Below are positions 51,878 through 63,797 of a stretch of DNA of 64,000 nucleotides, one piece after another. Numbering within the stretch: the first letter of the stretch is position 1; every line of letters begins with the position of its first letter. Source of the stretch: Eledone cirrhosa (Eukaryota); the NCBI GenBank assembly GCA_964016885.1, contig OZ024766.1, positions 16,864,001-16,928,000 on the forward strand, in the 5' to 3' direction. Below the pieces are notes generated by a model that saw nothing but the letters and a program-made list of their open reading frames with translations, was not told the DNA's origin and made no database searches. The position numbers and the translations under genes were made by a program.

Positions 51878-53620
51878 ATATGAAGAAGAAGTTTATGAAA
51901 CGGAAATGCGGGTATAAAGAAATTATTAGGTAACAATTGTTTCTATAGTGTGTGGATTACCTATACCTCGCTATTTGTATAATATAAAAATATTATCATA
52001 AATCGTAGGTACACTGTAAGAGAACACACCATGTCGTCAGACCTTTATGGTAGAATAAAGGTCTGACGACATGGTGAGTTCTCTTACAGTGTAAATCGTA
52101 GGTACACTGTAAGAGAACACACCATGTCGTCAGACCTTTATTCTACCATAAAGGTCTGACGACATGGTGAGTTCTCTTACAGTGTAAATCGTAGGTACAC
52201 TGTAAGAGAACACACCATGTCGTCAGACCTTTATTCTACCATAAAGGTCTGACGACATGGTGAGTTCTCTTACAGTGTAAATCGTAGGTACACTGTAAGA
52301 GAACACACCATGTCGTCAGACCTTTATTCTACCATAAAGGTCTGACGACATGGTGAGTTCTCTTACAGTGTAAATCGTAGGTACACTGTAAGAGAACACA
52401 CCATGTCGTCAGACCTTTATTCTACCATAAAGGTCTGACGACATGGTGAGTTCTCTTACAGTGTAAATCGTAGGTACGCTGTAAGAGAACACACCATGTC
52501 GTCAGACCTTTATTCTACCATAAAGGTCTGACGACATGGTGAGTTCTCTTACAGTGTAAATCGTAGGTACGCTGTAAGAGAACACACCATGTCGTCAGAC
52601 CTTTATTCTACCATAAAGGTCTGACGACATGGTGAGTTCTCTTACAGTGTAAATCGTAGGTACACTGTAAGAGAACACACCATGTCGTCAGACCTTTATT
52701 CTACCATAAAGGTCTGACGACATGGTGAGTTCTCTTACAGTGTAAATCGTAGGTACACTGTAAGAGAACACACCATGTCGTCAGACCTTTATTCTACCAT
52801 AAAGGTCTGACGACATGGTGAGTTCTCTTACAGTGTAAATCGTAGGTACACTGTAAGAAAACACACCATGTCGTCAGACCTTTATTCTACCACAAAGGTC
52901 TGACGACATGGTGAGTTCTCTTACAGTGTAAATCGTAGGTACACTGTAAGAGAACACACCATGTCGTCAGACCTTTATTCTACCATAAAGGTCTGACGAC
53001 ATGGTGAGTTCTCTTACAGTGTAAATCGTAGGTACACTGTAAGAGAACACACCATGTCGTCAGACCTTTATTCTACCATAAAGGTCTGACGACATGGTGA
53101 GTTCTCTTACAGTGTAAATCGTAGGTACACTGTAAGAAAACACACCATGTCGTCAGACCTTTATTCTACCACAAAGGTCTGACGACATGGTGAGTTCTCT
53201 TACAGTGTAAATCGTAGGTACACTGTAAGAGAACACACCATGTCGTCAGACCTTTATTCTACCATAAAGGTCTGACGACATGGTGAGTTCTCTTACAGTG
53301 TAAATCGTAGGTACACTGTAAGAGAACTCACCATGTCGTCAGACCTTTATTCTACCATAAAGGTCTGACGACATGGTGTGTTCTCTTACAGTGTAAATCG
53401 TAGGTACACTGTAAGAGAACTCACCATGTCGTCAGACCTTTATTCTACCATAAAGGTCTGACGACATGGTGTGTTCTCTTACAGTGTACCTACGATTTAT
53501 GATAATATTTTTATATTATACAAATAGCGAGGTATAGGTAATCCACACACTATAGAAACAATTGTTACCTAATAATTTCTTTATACCCGCATTTCCGTTT
53601 CATAAACTTCTTCTTCATAT
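51878..53620. repeat. Array of 16 x 93-bp hairpin units bracketed by 216-bp inverted repeats
   Basis: Units 52001-53488; each is a 9-nt spacer + 39-nt arm + 6-nt loop + 39-nt arm. 51878-52093 is the reverse complement of 53405-53620. Confidence 0.95.
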
Positions 53621-53822
53621 TTTCTCCGGATTTTAAAGCTTATTTTATTATACGTTGAGCAAACTCCGATGTCGGTTGACTCCATCCAATGAGACTACCT
53701 AGTAACATTGGAGTACAGATATAAATATATATATATATATATATATACTATCCAGGAAGCTCCAACCGTTAAGGTTGTCTTTTTTTCTGGGTATGTCAAT
53801 ATTTATTTATAAAACAAATCTG

Positions 53823-53888
53823 TATTTTATCTGATGAAAGCGCACCATCATTTGCCTTGGTTGCCCTTGAAATATGTATAATAAAGTA
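53823..53888 (+). ncRNA. Hammerhead-like motif, diverged paralogue of 8319-8383, sense in ST7 intron
   Basis: tattttat-CTGATGA-aagcgcacca..tggttgccctt-GAAATATGTATA-ataaagta. Stem I pairing is retained despite substitutions. Confidence 0.6.
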
Positions 53889-53939
53889 AGTACGGTTTTA
53901 TAAATATAGTTTCCATTTATTAATATATTGTATATATAT

Positions 53940-55643
53940 CATCATCATCATTTCATTTTACGTCCGCTTTTTCCCTGCTTGCAAGGGTGGGACGGGAACT
54001 GATTCTGGCTTGATTTCTACAGCTGGATGTCCTTCCTAACACCAACCTCATTTACAGTGAGTGCTGGGTGCTTTTTTTGCTGTGGCACCTCCACGACCAC
54101 TTTACAGTGTGGGCTGGGTGCTTTTTCGTGGCGCCTACACATCCACTTTACAGTGTGGGCTGGGTGCTTTTTTGCCGTGGCACCTCCATGACCACTTTAC
54201 AGTGGAATGATAGGGACCCCAGTCCCTATCATCTCATTTCTACAGCTGAGTAAACTGGAGCAATGTGAAATAAAGTGTCTTGCTCAAGGAAACAACACAT
54301 CACCCGGTCTGAGAATTGAACTCACAACCTTTCACATTGCTCCAGTTTACTCAGCTGTAGAAATGAGATGATAGGGACTGGGGTCCCTATCATTCCACTG
54401 CAAAGTGGACGTGTAGGCGCCACGAAAAAAAAGCACCCAGCACTCACTGTAAAGTGGTCGTGGAGGTGCCACAGCAAAAAAGGACCCAGCACTCACTGTA
54501 AAGTGGTCGTGGAGGTGCCACGGTAAAAAGCACCCAACACTCACTGTAAAGTGGTCGTGCAGGTGCCACGGTAAAAAAGCACCCAGCCCACACTGTAAAG
54601 TAGTCGTGGAGGTGCCACGGCAAAAAAAGCACCCAGCCCACACTGTAAAGTAGTCGTGGAGGTGCCACGGCAAAAAAGACCCAGCACTCACTGTAAAGTG
54701 GTCGTGGAGGTGCCACGGCAAGAAAGCACCCAGCACTCACTGTAAAGTGGTCGTGGAGGTGCCACGGCAAGAAAGCACCCAGCACTCACTGTAAAGTGGT
54801 CGTGGAGGTGCCACGGCAAAAAAGCACCCAGCACTCACTGTAAAGTGGTCGTGGAGGTGCCACGGCAAAAAAGCACCCAGCACTCACTGTAAAGTGGTCG
54901 TGGAGGTGCCACGGCAAAAAAGCACCCAGCACTCACTGTAAAGTGGTCGTGGAGGTGCCACGGCAAAAAAGCACCCAGACCACACTGTAAAGTGGTCGTG
55001 GAGGTGCCACGGCAAAAAAGCACCCAGCACTCACTGTAAAGTGGTCGTGGAGGTGCCACGGCAAAAAAGCACCCAGCACTCACTGTAAAGTGGTCGTGGA
55101 GGTGCCACGGCAAAAAAGCACCCAGCACTCACTGTAAAGTGGTCGTGGAGGTGCCACGGCAAAAAAGCACCCAGCACTCACTGTAAAGTGGTCGTGGAGG
55201 TGCCACGGCAAAAAAGCACCCAGCACTCACTGTAAAGTGGTCGTGGAGGTGCCACGGCAAAAAAGCACCCAGCACTCACTGTAAAGTGGTCGTGGAGGTG
55301 CCACGGCAAAAAAGCACCCAGCACTCACTGTAAAGTGGTCGTGGAGGTGCCACGGCAAAAAAGCACCCAGCACTCACTGTAAAGTGGTCGTGGAGGTGCC
55401 ACGGCAAAAAAGCACCCAGCACTCACTGTAAAGTGGTCGTGGAGGTGCCACGGCAAAAAAGCACCCAGCACTCACTGTAAAGTGGTCGTGGAGGTGCCAC
55501 GGCAAAAAAGCACCCAGCACTCACTGTAAATGAGGTTGGTGTTAGGAAGGGCATCCAGCTGTAGAAATCAAGCCAGAATCTGTTCCTGTCCCACCCTTGC
55601 AAGCAGGGAAAAGCGGACGTAAAATGAAATGAATGAAATGAAA
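53940..55643. mobile_element. Head-to-head pair of SINE copies (minus 53940-54333; plus 54330-55643 with ~23 x 49-bp units)
   Basis: Both RTE-type tails point outward; the junction shares TTTC. Confidence 0.85.
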
Positions 55644-55698
55644 ATATGTGAAGGCGCATGGCTTAGTGGTTACAGCATTGGGCTTGCAATCGGAAGAG

Positions 55699-55917
55699 GG
55701 CATCTGTTGTACTCTTCCCAGGCACAAAACCAAACTGCATCTCATCTTTCTCTAATTAGTTGCGCTAATATCCTTTCTGCCACTTTCATAACTTGATCCA
55801 TCAGTTTTATACCCCTATAATTGCTCCTCTCCAAAGCATCCCCTTTACCTTTGTAGCAATTTATGAGAATACTGCTGCACCAGTCTTTGGGTATGACACC
55901 ACCATATATAGCCTGAT
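55699..55917 (-). mobile_element. RTE-clade reverse transcriptase fragment
   Basis: Minus strand translates IPKDWCSSILINCYKGKGDALERSNYRGIKLMDQVMKVAERILAQLIRE.../EMQFGFVPGKSTTD. It abuts an isolated SINE tRNA head at 55652-55698. Confidence 0.85.
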
Positions 55918-56024
55918 CGATGATGCATGCAACCAGTTTAGGGCCTACGTCCCCTGATGATGATATAAAATATTTTGTGAAAAAATCTGTGTGAAGATTC
56001 TAATAATTTACTTTCTCCCTCCAG

Positions 56025-56097
56025 ATATAAATTTACCCAAATCAGCCACAATATGTTACACTGCTGCACTGTTGAAAGCTAGGACTGTAGCAGATAA
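56025..56097 (+). CDS. ST7: ST7 exon 10: [25 protein letters not shown]
   Basis: ctccAG / GTAAGT, 73 nt, phase 1 to 2. Conserved [17 protein letters not shown]. Confidence 0.96.
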
Positions 56098-57524
56098 GTA
56101 AGTTGCTGCTGCTGCTGTTGTTGTTGTTGTTGTGATGATGTTTGTTTGTTTTTTTTGCCATATTTCTAATGGAACATAACTTAACAAAGGATCTCCTCAA
56201 ATTATAGTGGAAGGACTTTTTAGATAAATATAAACACTTTAACTCTTTCATTAACATATTTCTAGTGGAACATAACTTAACAAAGGATGGAAGGTTTTTA
56301 GATTCGATATCATGTGAGGTAAAGCCTTTACTGTGACAATACAATTGTATATATAGAGTAATGTAAATGTTATGTGAGATATTATGTGAGGTAAAGCCTT
56401 TACTGTGACAATACAATAGTATATATAGAATAATGTAAATGTTATGTGAGATATTATGTGAGGTAAAGCCTTTACTGTGACAATACAATAGTATATATAG
56501 AGTAATGTAAATGTTATGTGAGATATTATGTGAGGTAAAGCCTCTACTGTGACAATACAATAGTATATATAGAGTAATGTAAATGTTATGTGAGATATTA
56601 TGTGAGGTAAAGCCTTTACTGTGACAATACAATAGTATATATAGAGTAATGTAAATGTTATGTGAGGTATTATGTGAGATAAAGCCTTTACTGTGACAAT
56701 ACAATAGTATATATAGAGTAATGTAGATGTTATGTGAGGTAAAGCCTTTACTGTGACAATACAATAGTATATATAGAGTAATGTAAATGTTATGTGAGGT
56801 ATTATGTGAGGTAAAGCCTTTACTGTGACAATACAATAGTATATATAGAGTAATGTAAATGTTATGTGAGGTATTATGTGAGGTAAAGCCTTTACTGTGA
56901 CAATACAATAGTATATATAGAGTAATGTAAATGTTATGTGAGATATTATGTGAGGTAAAGCCTTTACTGTGACAATCCAATAGTATATATAGAGTAATGT
57001 AAATGTTATGTGAGGTAAAGCCTTTACTGTGAAAATACAGTAGTATATATAGAGTAATGTAAATGTTATGTGAGATATTATGTGAGGTAAAGCCTTTACT
57101 GTGACAATACAATAGTATATATAGAGTAATGTAAATGTTATGTGAGATATTATGTGAGGTAAAGCCTTTACTGTGACAATACAATAGTATATATAGAGTA
57201 ATGTGAATGTTATGTGAGGTAAAGCCTTTACTGTGACAATCCAATAGTATATATAGAGTAATGTAAATGTTATGTGAGATATTATGTGAGGTAAAGCCTT
57301 TACTGTGACAATACAATAGTATATATAGAGTAATGTAAATGTTATGTGAGGTATTATGTGAGGTAAAGCCTTTACTGTGAAAATACAATAGTATATATAG
57401 AGTAATGTAAATACTAAATGGTTAAGCATTTTTTCTGTCCGTGAACAAAATATACTCTTAAGCCTTTCTAATTTCTCTGTCAGTTGTAACATCTTGTGTC
57501 TGCATCTGTTGGTCTTTTCTCTAG

Positions 57525-57627
57525 ATTTTCACCAGATGTAGCATCTAAAAGAGGGCTCAGTTCGGCAGAAATGGCAGCAGTAGAAGCAATACACAGAGCA
57601 GTTGAGTTTAACCCACATGCACCTAAG
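57525..57627 (+). CDS. ST7: ST7 exon 11: [34 protein letters not shown]
   Basis: ctctAG / GTAGGA, 103 nt, phase 2 to 0. Conserved [14 protein letters not shown]. Confidence 0.97.
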
Positions 57628-57680
57628 GTAGGACTTGTTTTTTTTAAAACTCTGGCTATATACATCTCTCTATACATGGA

Positions 57681-59135
57681 GGCACATGGCTTAGTGGTTA
57701 GAGCATTGGCCTTGCAATCGAAAGGTTGTGAGTTCAATTCTCAGACCGGGTGATGTGTTGTTTCCTTGAGCAAGACACTTTATTTCACATTGCTCCAGTT
57801 TACTCAGCTGTAGAAATGAGATGATAGGGACTGGGCTCCCTATCATTCCACTGCAAAGTGGTCGTGGAGGTGCCACGGCAAAAAAGCACCCAGAACTCAC
57901 TGTAAAGTGGTCGTAGAGGTGCCACGGCAAAAAAAGCACCCAGCACTCACTGTAAAGTGGTCGTGGAGGTGCCACGGTAAAAAAGCACCCAGCCCACACT
58001 GTAAAGTGGTCGTGGAGGTGCCACAGCAAAAAAAGCACCCAGCACTCACTGTAAAGTGGTCGTGGAGGTGCCACGGCAAAAAAGCACCCAGCACTCACTG
58101 TAAAGTGGTCGTGGAGGTGCCACAGCAAAAAAGCACCCAGCACTCACTGTAAAGTGGTCGTGGAGGTGCCACGGCAAAAAAGCACCCAGCCCACACTGTA
58201 AAGTGGTCGTGGAGGTGCCACGGCAAAAAAGCACCCAGCACTCACTGTAAAGTGGTCGTGGAGGTGCCACGGCAAAAAAGCACCCAGCCCACACTGTAAA
58301 GTGGTCGTGGAGGTGCCACAGCAAAAAGCAGCCAGCACTCACTGTAAAGTGGTCGTGGAGGTGCCACGGTAAAAAAGCACCCAGCACTCACTGTAAAGTG
58401 GTCGTGGAGGTGTCAAGGCAAAAATGCACCCAGAACTCACTGTAAAGTGGTCGTGGAGGTGCCACAGCAAAAAAGCACCCAGCACTCACTGTAAAGTGGT
58501 CGTGGAGGTGCCACGGCAAAAAAGCATCCAGCACTCACTGTAAAGTGGTCGTGGAGGTGCCACGGTAAAAAAGCACCCAGCCCACACTGTAAAGTGGTCG
58601 TGGAGGTGCCACGGCAAAAAAGCACCCAGCACTCACTGTAAAGTGGTCGTGGAGGTGCCCCGGCAAAAAAGCACCCAGCATTCACTGTAAAGTGGTCATG
58701 GAGGTGCCACGGTAAAAAAGCACCCAGCACTCACTGTAAAGTGGTCGTGGAGGTGCCACGGTACAAAAGCACCCAGCACTCACTGTAAAGTGGTCGTGGA
58801 GGTACCACGGCAAAAAAGCACCCAGCCCTCACTGTAAAGTGGTCGTGGAGGTGCCACGGCAAAAAAGCACCCAGCACTCACTGTAAAGTGGTCGTGGAGG
58901 TGCCACGGCAAAAAAGCACCCAGCCCACACTGTAAAGTGGTCGTGGAGGTGCCACGGCAAAAAAGCACCCAGCACTCACTGTAAAGTGGTCGTGGAGGTG
59001 CCACAGCAAAAAAGCACCCAGCCCTCACTGTAAATGAGGTTGGTGTTAGGAAGGGCATCCAGCTGTAGAAATCAAGCCCGAATCAGTTCCCGTCCCACCC
59101 TTGCAAGCAGGGAAAAGCGGACGTAAAATGAAATG
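57681..59135 (+). mobile_element. Full-length tRNA/CORE SINE with internal 49-bp VNTR (~24 units) and RTE-derived 3' tail
   Basis: A/B boxes, CORE-like domain, hairpin atgataggg..ccctatcat, array, ggttggtgttaggaagggcatccagc, and tail cccgtcccacccttgcaagcagggaaaagcggacgtaaaatg. Confidence 0.88.
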
Positions 59136-59505
59136 TTAAAAAAAAAATGTTGTCCATCGTAAACGATGATGACATCGTCTTTATTTTAGTTCCCGTCTGC
59201 CGTGGGCACGAAGGTGGATGTGGAGGCCATCGCCGTGGGGCTTTGTGAGTGCACGCTAAAGAAGAAACCTGTGTGTGTGTGGGGGGGGGGGGGGGGGGGG
59301 GGCAGTTAACAGTGACGGTCCCACTCACTCGGCCCACCCACATGACCAGGGACTTCCTTGGCTGCAGAGGATGGCCACGGCGTCTGTAGTGCCTTGCCCT
59401 GCCCCAGGGCTCCACATAAATCACTATATATACACCCTCTCTATGTCTATACACCCTCTCTATGTCTATACACACCTCTATCACACCCTCTCTTCTCTAT
59501 TTCAG

Positions 59506-59656
59506 TATCTGTTAGAAATGAAAAGCCTCATACTACCACCTGAACACATCCTCAAGCGCGGGGACAGCGAGGCAGTAGCCTACGCATTCTTCCACCTACA
59601 ACACTGGAAGCGGGTTGATGGGGCCCTAAACCTGCTGCACTGCACATGGGAAGGCA
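59506..59656 (+). CDS. ST7: ST7 exon 12: [50 protein letters not shown]
   Basis: ttcAG / GTAAGT, 151 nt, phase 0 to 1. Near-identical to known ST7. Confidence 0.97.
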
Positions 59657-59677
59657 GTAAGTAGGATTGTATTGTAG

Positions 59678-61515
59678 TACACTACACTACACCACACTGC
59701 ACTGCACTGCACCTCACTACACTACACTGTACCACATTACACTACACTACACTGCACCACGCTACACTACACTGCACTGCACCACTCTGCACCTCACTAC
59801 ACTGCACTGCACCACACTACACTACACTGTACCACATTACACTACACTACACCACACTGCACTGCACTGCACCTCACTACACTACACTGTACCGCACCAC
59901 ACTACACTACACTGCACCACGCTACACTACACTGCACCACGCTACACTACACCACACTGCACTGCACCACTCTGCACCTCACTACACTGCACTGCACCAC
60001 TCTGCACCTCACTACACTACACTGCACCACGCTACACTACACTACACTGCACCATGCTGCACTGCACCACTCTGCACCTCACTACACTGCACTGCACCAC
60101 ACTACACTACACTGTACCACACTACACTGCACTACACTACACCACACTGCACCATTACTACACTGCACTATACTGCACTACACTACACTGCACTGTACCA
60201 CATTACACTACACTACACTGCACCACACCACACTGCACCTCACTACACCGCACCACACTACACTGCACTGTACCACATTACACTGCACCACGCTACACTA
60301 CACCACACTACACTGCACTGTACCACATTACACTACACTACACTGCACCACGCTACACTACACCACACTACACTGCACTGTACCACATTACACTACACTG
60401 CACTATACTGCACTATACTGCACTACACTACACTGCACCATTACTACACTACGCTACACTGCACTACACTACACTGCACTGTACCACATTACACTACACC
60501 ACACTGCACCTCACTACACCGCACCACACTACACTGCACTGTACCACATTACACTACACTACACTGCACCACGCTACACTACACCACACTGCACCACACC
60601 ACACTGCACCTCACTACACCGCACCACACTACACTGCACTGTACCACATTACACTACACTACACTGCACCACGCTACACTACACCACACTGTACCACATT
60701 ACACTACGCTACACTGCACCACACTACACTGCACTGTACCACATTACACTACACTACACTGCACCACGCTACACTACACCACACTGTACCACATTACACT
60801 ACGCTACACTGCACCACACTACACTGCACTGTACCACATTACACTACACTACACTGCACCACGCTACACTACACCACACTGTACCACATTACACTACGCT
60901 ACACTGCACCACACTACACTGCACTGTACCACATTACACTACACTACACTGCACCACGCTACACTACACCACACTGTACCACATTACACTACACTACACT
61001 GCACCACGCTACACTACACCACACTACACTGCACTGTACCACATTACACTACACTACACTGCACCACGCTACACTACACCACACTACACTGCACTGTACC
61101 ACATTACACTACACTACACTGCACCACGCTACACTACACCACACTACACTGCACTGTACCACATTACACTACACTGCACTATACTGCACTATACTGCACT
61201 ACACTACACTGCACCATTACTACACTACGCTACACTGCACTACACTACACTGCACCACACTGCACTACACTACACCACACTACACTACACTACACCACAC
61301 TACACTACACTGCACCACATTACACAACACTGCACCACACTACACTACACTACACCTCACTACACTGCACCACACTACACCGCACTACACTACACTACAC
61401 TGCATTACGCTACGCCGCACCACGCCGCCCCGCACCACACTGCACCATAACACCCTACGCCACACTATGCTACACTGCACCACACCACCATGCCACACTA
61501 CACCACACCACCGCA
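59678..61515. repeat. (CACTA/CACCA/CACTG)n pentanucleotide satellite filling an intron
   Basis: Direct reading; the 626-aa ORF is its translation. Confidence 0.95.
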
Positions 61516-61547
61516 CCGTTCTTATACACCTGTGTTTTCTCTCCTAG

Positions 61548-61640
61548 CGTTCCGTATGATCCCCTACCCCCTGGAGAAGGGCCACCTGTTTTACCCCTAC
61601 CCCACATGTACAGAGAGCATCGACAGAGAACTTCTTCCAT
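61548..61640 (+). CDS. ST7: ST7 exon 13: [31 protein letters not shown] (gene continues past window end)
   Basis: cctAG / GTAAGT, 93 nt, phase 1 to 1. Conserved [18 protein letters not shown]. Confidence 0.96.
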
Positions 61641-61667
61641 GTAAGTAACACCCTTATCTCATATACA

Positions 61668-63797
61668 CAGGGTGTCCCCTAAAAATGTATACAGACTTCC
61701 ACAGCATTCTGATAGATATAGCCTGTATGAAGGGGCTACATGTGAGTGTACATCTTTTAGGGACAGCCTGTATGAAGGGGCTCAATGTGAGTGTACATCT
61801 TTTAGGGACAGCCTGTATGAAGGGGCTCAATGTGAGTGTACATCTTTTAGGGACAGCCTGTATGAAGGGGCTCAATGTGAGTGTACATCTTTAGGGGTCA
61901 GCCTGTATGAAGGGGCTCAATGTGAGTGTACATCTTTTGGGGACAGCCTGTATGAAGGGGCTCAATGTGAGTGTACATCTTTTAGGGACAGCCTGTATGA
62001 AGGGGCTCAATGTGAGTGTACATCTTTTGGGGTCAGCCTGTATGAAGGGGCTCAATGTGAGTGTACATCTTTTGGAGACAGCCTGTATGAAGGGGCTCAA
62101 TGTGAGTACATCTTTTGGGGTCAGCCTGTATGAAGGGGCTCAATGTGAGTGTACATCTTTAGGGGACAGCCTGTATGAAGGGGCTCAATGTGAGTACATC
62201 TTTTGGGGACAGCCTGTATGAAGGGGCTCAATGTGAGTATACATCTTTAGGGGACAGCCTGTATGAAGGGGCTCAATGTGAGTGTACATCTTTTGGGGAC
62301 AGCCTGTATGAAGGGGCTCAATGTGAGTGTACATCTTTTGGGGTCAGCCTGTATGAAGGGGCTCAATGTGAGTGTACATCTTTTGGGGACAGTCTGTATG
62401 AAGGGGCTCAATGTGAGTGTACATCTTTTGGGGTCAGCCTGTATAAAGGGGCTCAATGTGAGTGTACATCTTTTGGGGACAGTCTGTATGAAGGGGCTCA
62501 ATGTGAGTGTACATCTTTTGGGGTCAGCCTGTATGAAGGGGCTCAATGTGAGTGTACATCTTTTGGGGACAGCCTGTATAAAGGGGCTCAATGTTAGTGT
62601 ACATCTTTTGGGGACAGCCTGTATGAAGGGGCTCAATGTGAGTGTACATCTTTTGGGGTCAGCCTGTATGAAGGGGCTCAATGTGAGTGTACATCTTTTG
62701 GGGACAGCCTGTATGAAGGGGCTCAATGTGAGTGTACATCTTTTAGGGACAGCCTGTATGAAGGGGCTCAATGTGAGTGTACATCTTTTGGGGACAGCCT
62801 GTATGAAGGGGCTCAATGTGAGTGTACACCTTTTGGCGACAGCCTGTATGAAGGGGCTCAATGTGAGTGTACATCTTTTGGGGACAGCCTGTATGAAGGG
62901 GCTCAATGTGAGTGTACATCTTTTGGGGACAGCCTGTATGAAGGGGCTCAATGTGAGTGTACATCTTTTGGGGACAGCCTGTATGAAGGGGCTCAATGTG
63001 AGTGTACATCTTTTGGGGACAGCCTGTATGAAGGGGCTCAATGTGAGTGTACATCTTTTGGGGACAGCCTGTATGAAGGGGCTCAATGTGAGTGTACATC
63101 TTTTGGGGACAGCCTGTATGAAGGGGCTCAATGTGAGTGTACATCTTTTGGGGACAGCCTGTATGAAGGGGCTCAATGTGAGTGTACATCTTTTGGGGAC
63201 AGCCTGTATGAAGGGGCTCAATGTGAGTGTACATCTTTTGGGGACAGCCTGTATGAAGGGGCTCAATGTGAGTGTACATCTTTTGGGGTCAGCCTGTATG
63301 AAGGGGCTCAATGTGAGTGTACATCTTTTGGGGTCAGCCTGTATGAAGGGGCTCAATGTGAGTGTACATCTTTTGGGGACAGCCTGTATGAAGGGGCTCA
63401 ATGTGAGTACATCTTTTGGGGTCAGCCTGTATAAAGGGGCTCAATGTGAGTGTACATCTTTTGGGGTCAGCCTGTATGAAGGGGCTCAATGTGAGTGTAC
63501 ATCTTTTGAGGACAGCCTGTATGAAGGGGCTCATTGTGAGTGTACATCTTTTGGGGTCAGCCTGTATGAAGGGGCTCAATGTGAGTGTACATCTTTAGGG
63601 GACAGCCTGTATGAAGGGGCTCAATGTGAGTACATCTTTTGGGGACAGCCTGTATGAAGGGGCTCAATGTGAGTCTACATCTTTTGGGGTCAGCCTGTAC
63701 AGGTAATCAATGTGAGTGTACATCTTTTGGGGACAGCCTGTATGAAGGGGCTCAATGTGAGTGTACATCTTTTGGGGACAGCCTGTATGAAGGGGCT
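61668..63797. repeat. 45-bp minisatellite (~46 copies) grown from a MITE right end
   Basis: Left TIR cagggtgtcccctaaaaatgtata at 61668, then unit gcctgtatgaaggggctcaatgtgagtgtacatcttttggggaca containing the right TIR. Confidence 0.9.

Noticed and set aside
52059-52093. Hammerhead within the 93-bp unit (CTGACGA present)
   Set aside because: No correctly placed GAAA box or stem II, and the motif is buried in the long stem.
52001-53488. CRISPR array
   Set aside because: Units are palindromic but the spacers are identical, there are no cas genes, and the context is a eukaryotic intron.
57681-57750. tRNA gene (also 44778, 47870-47940, 55652)
   Set aside because: A/B boxes are present but there is no complete cloverleaf or acceptor stem, and it continues into the SINE body.
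59160-59420. GC-richer unique segment with a G run as an extra exon
   Set aside because: No ST7 homology, and exons 11-12 join without it; probably an unclassified TE remnant.
59667-63657. His/Thr-rich and 15-aa-repeat ORFs
   Set aside because: Translations of pentanucleotide and 45-bp repeats.
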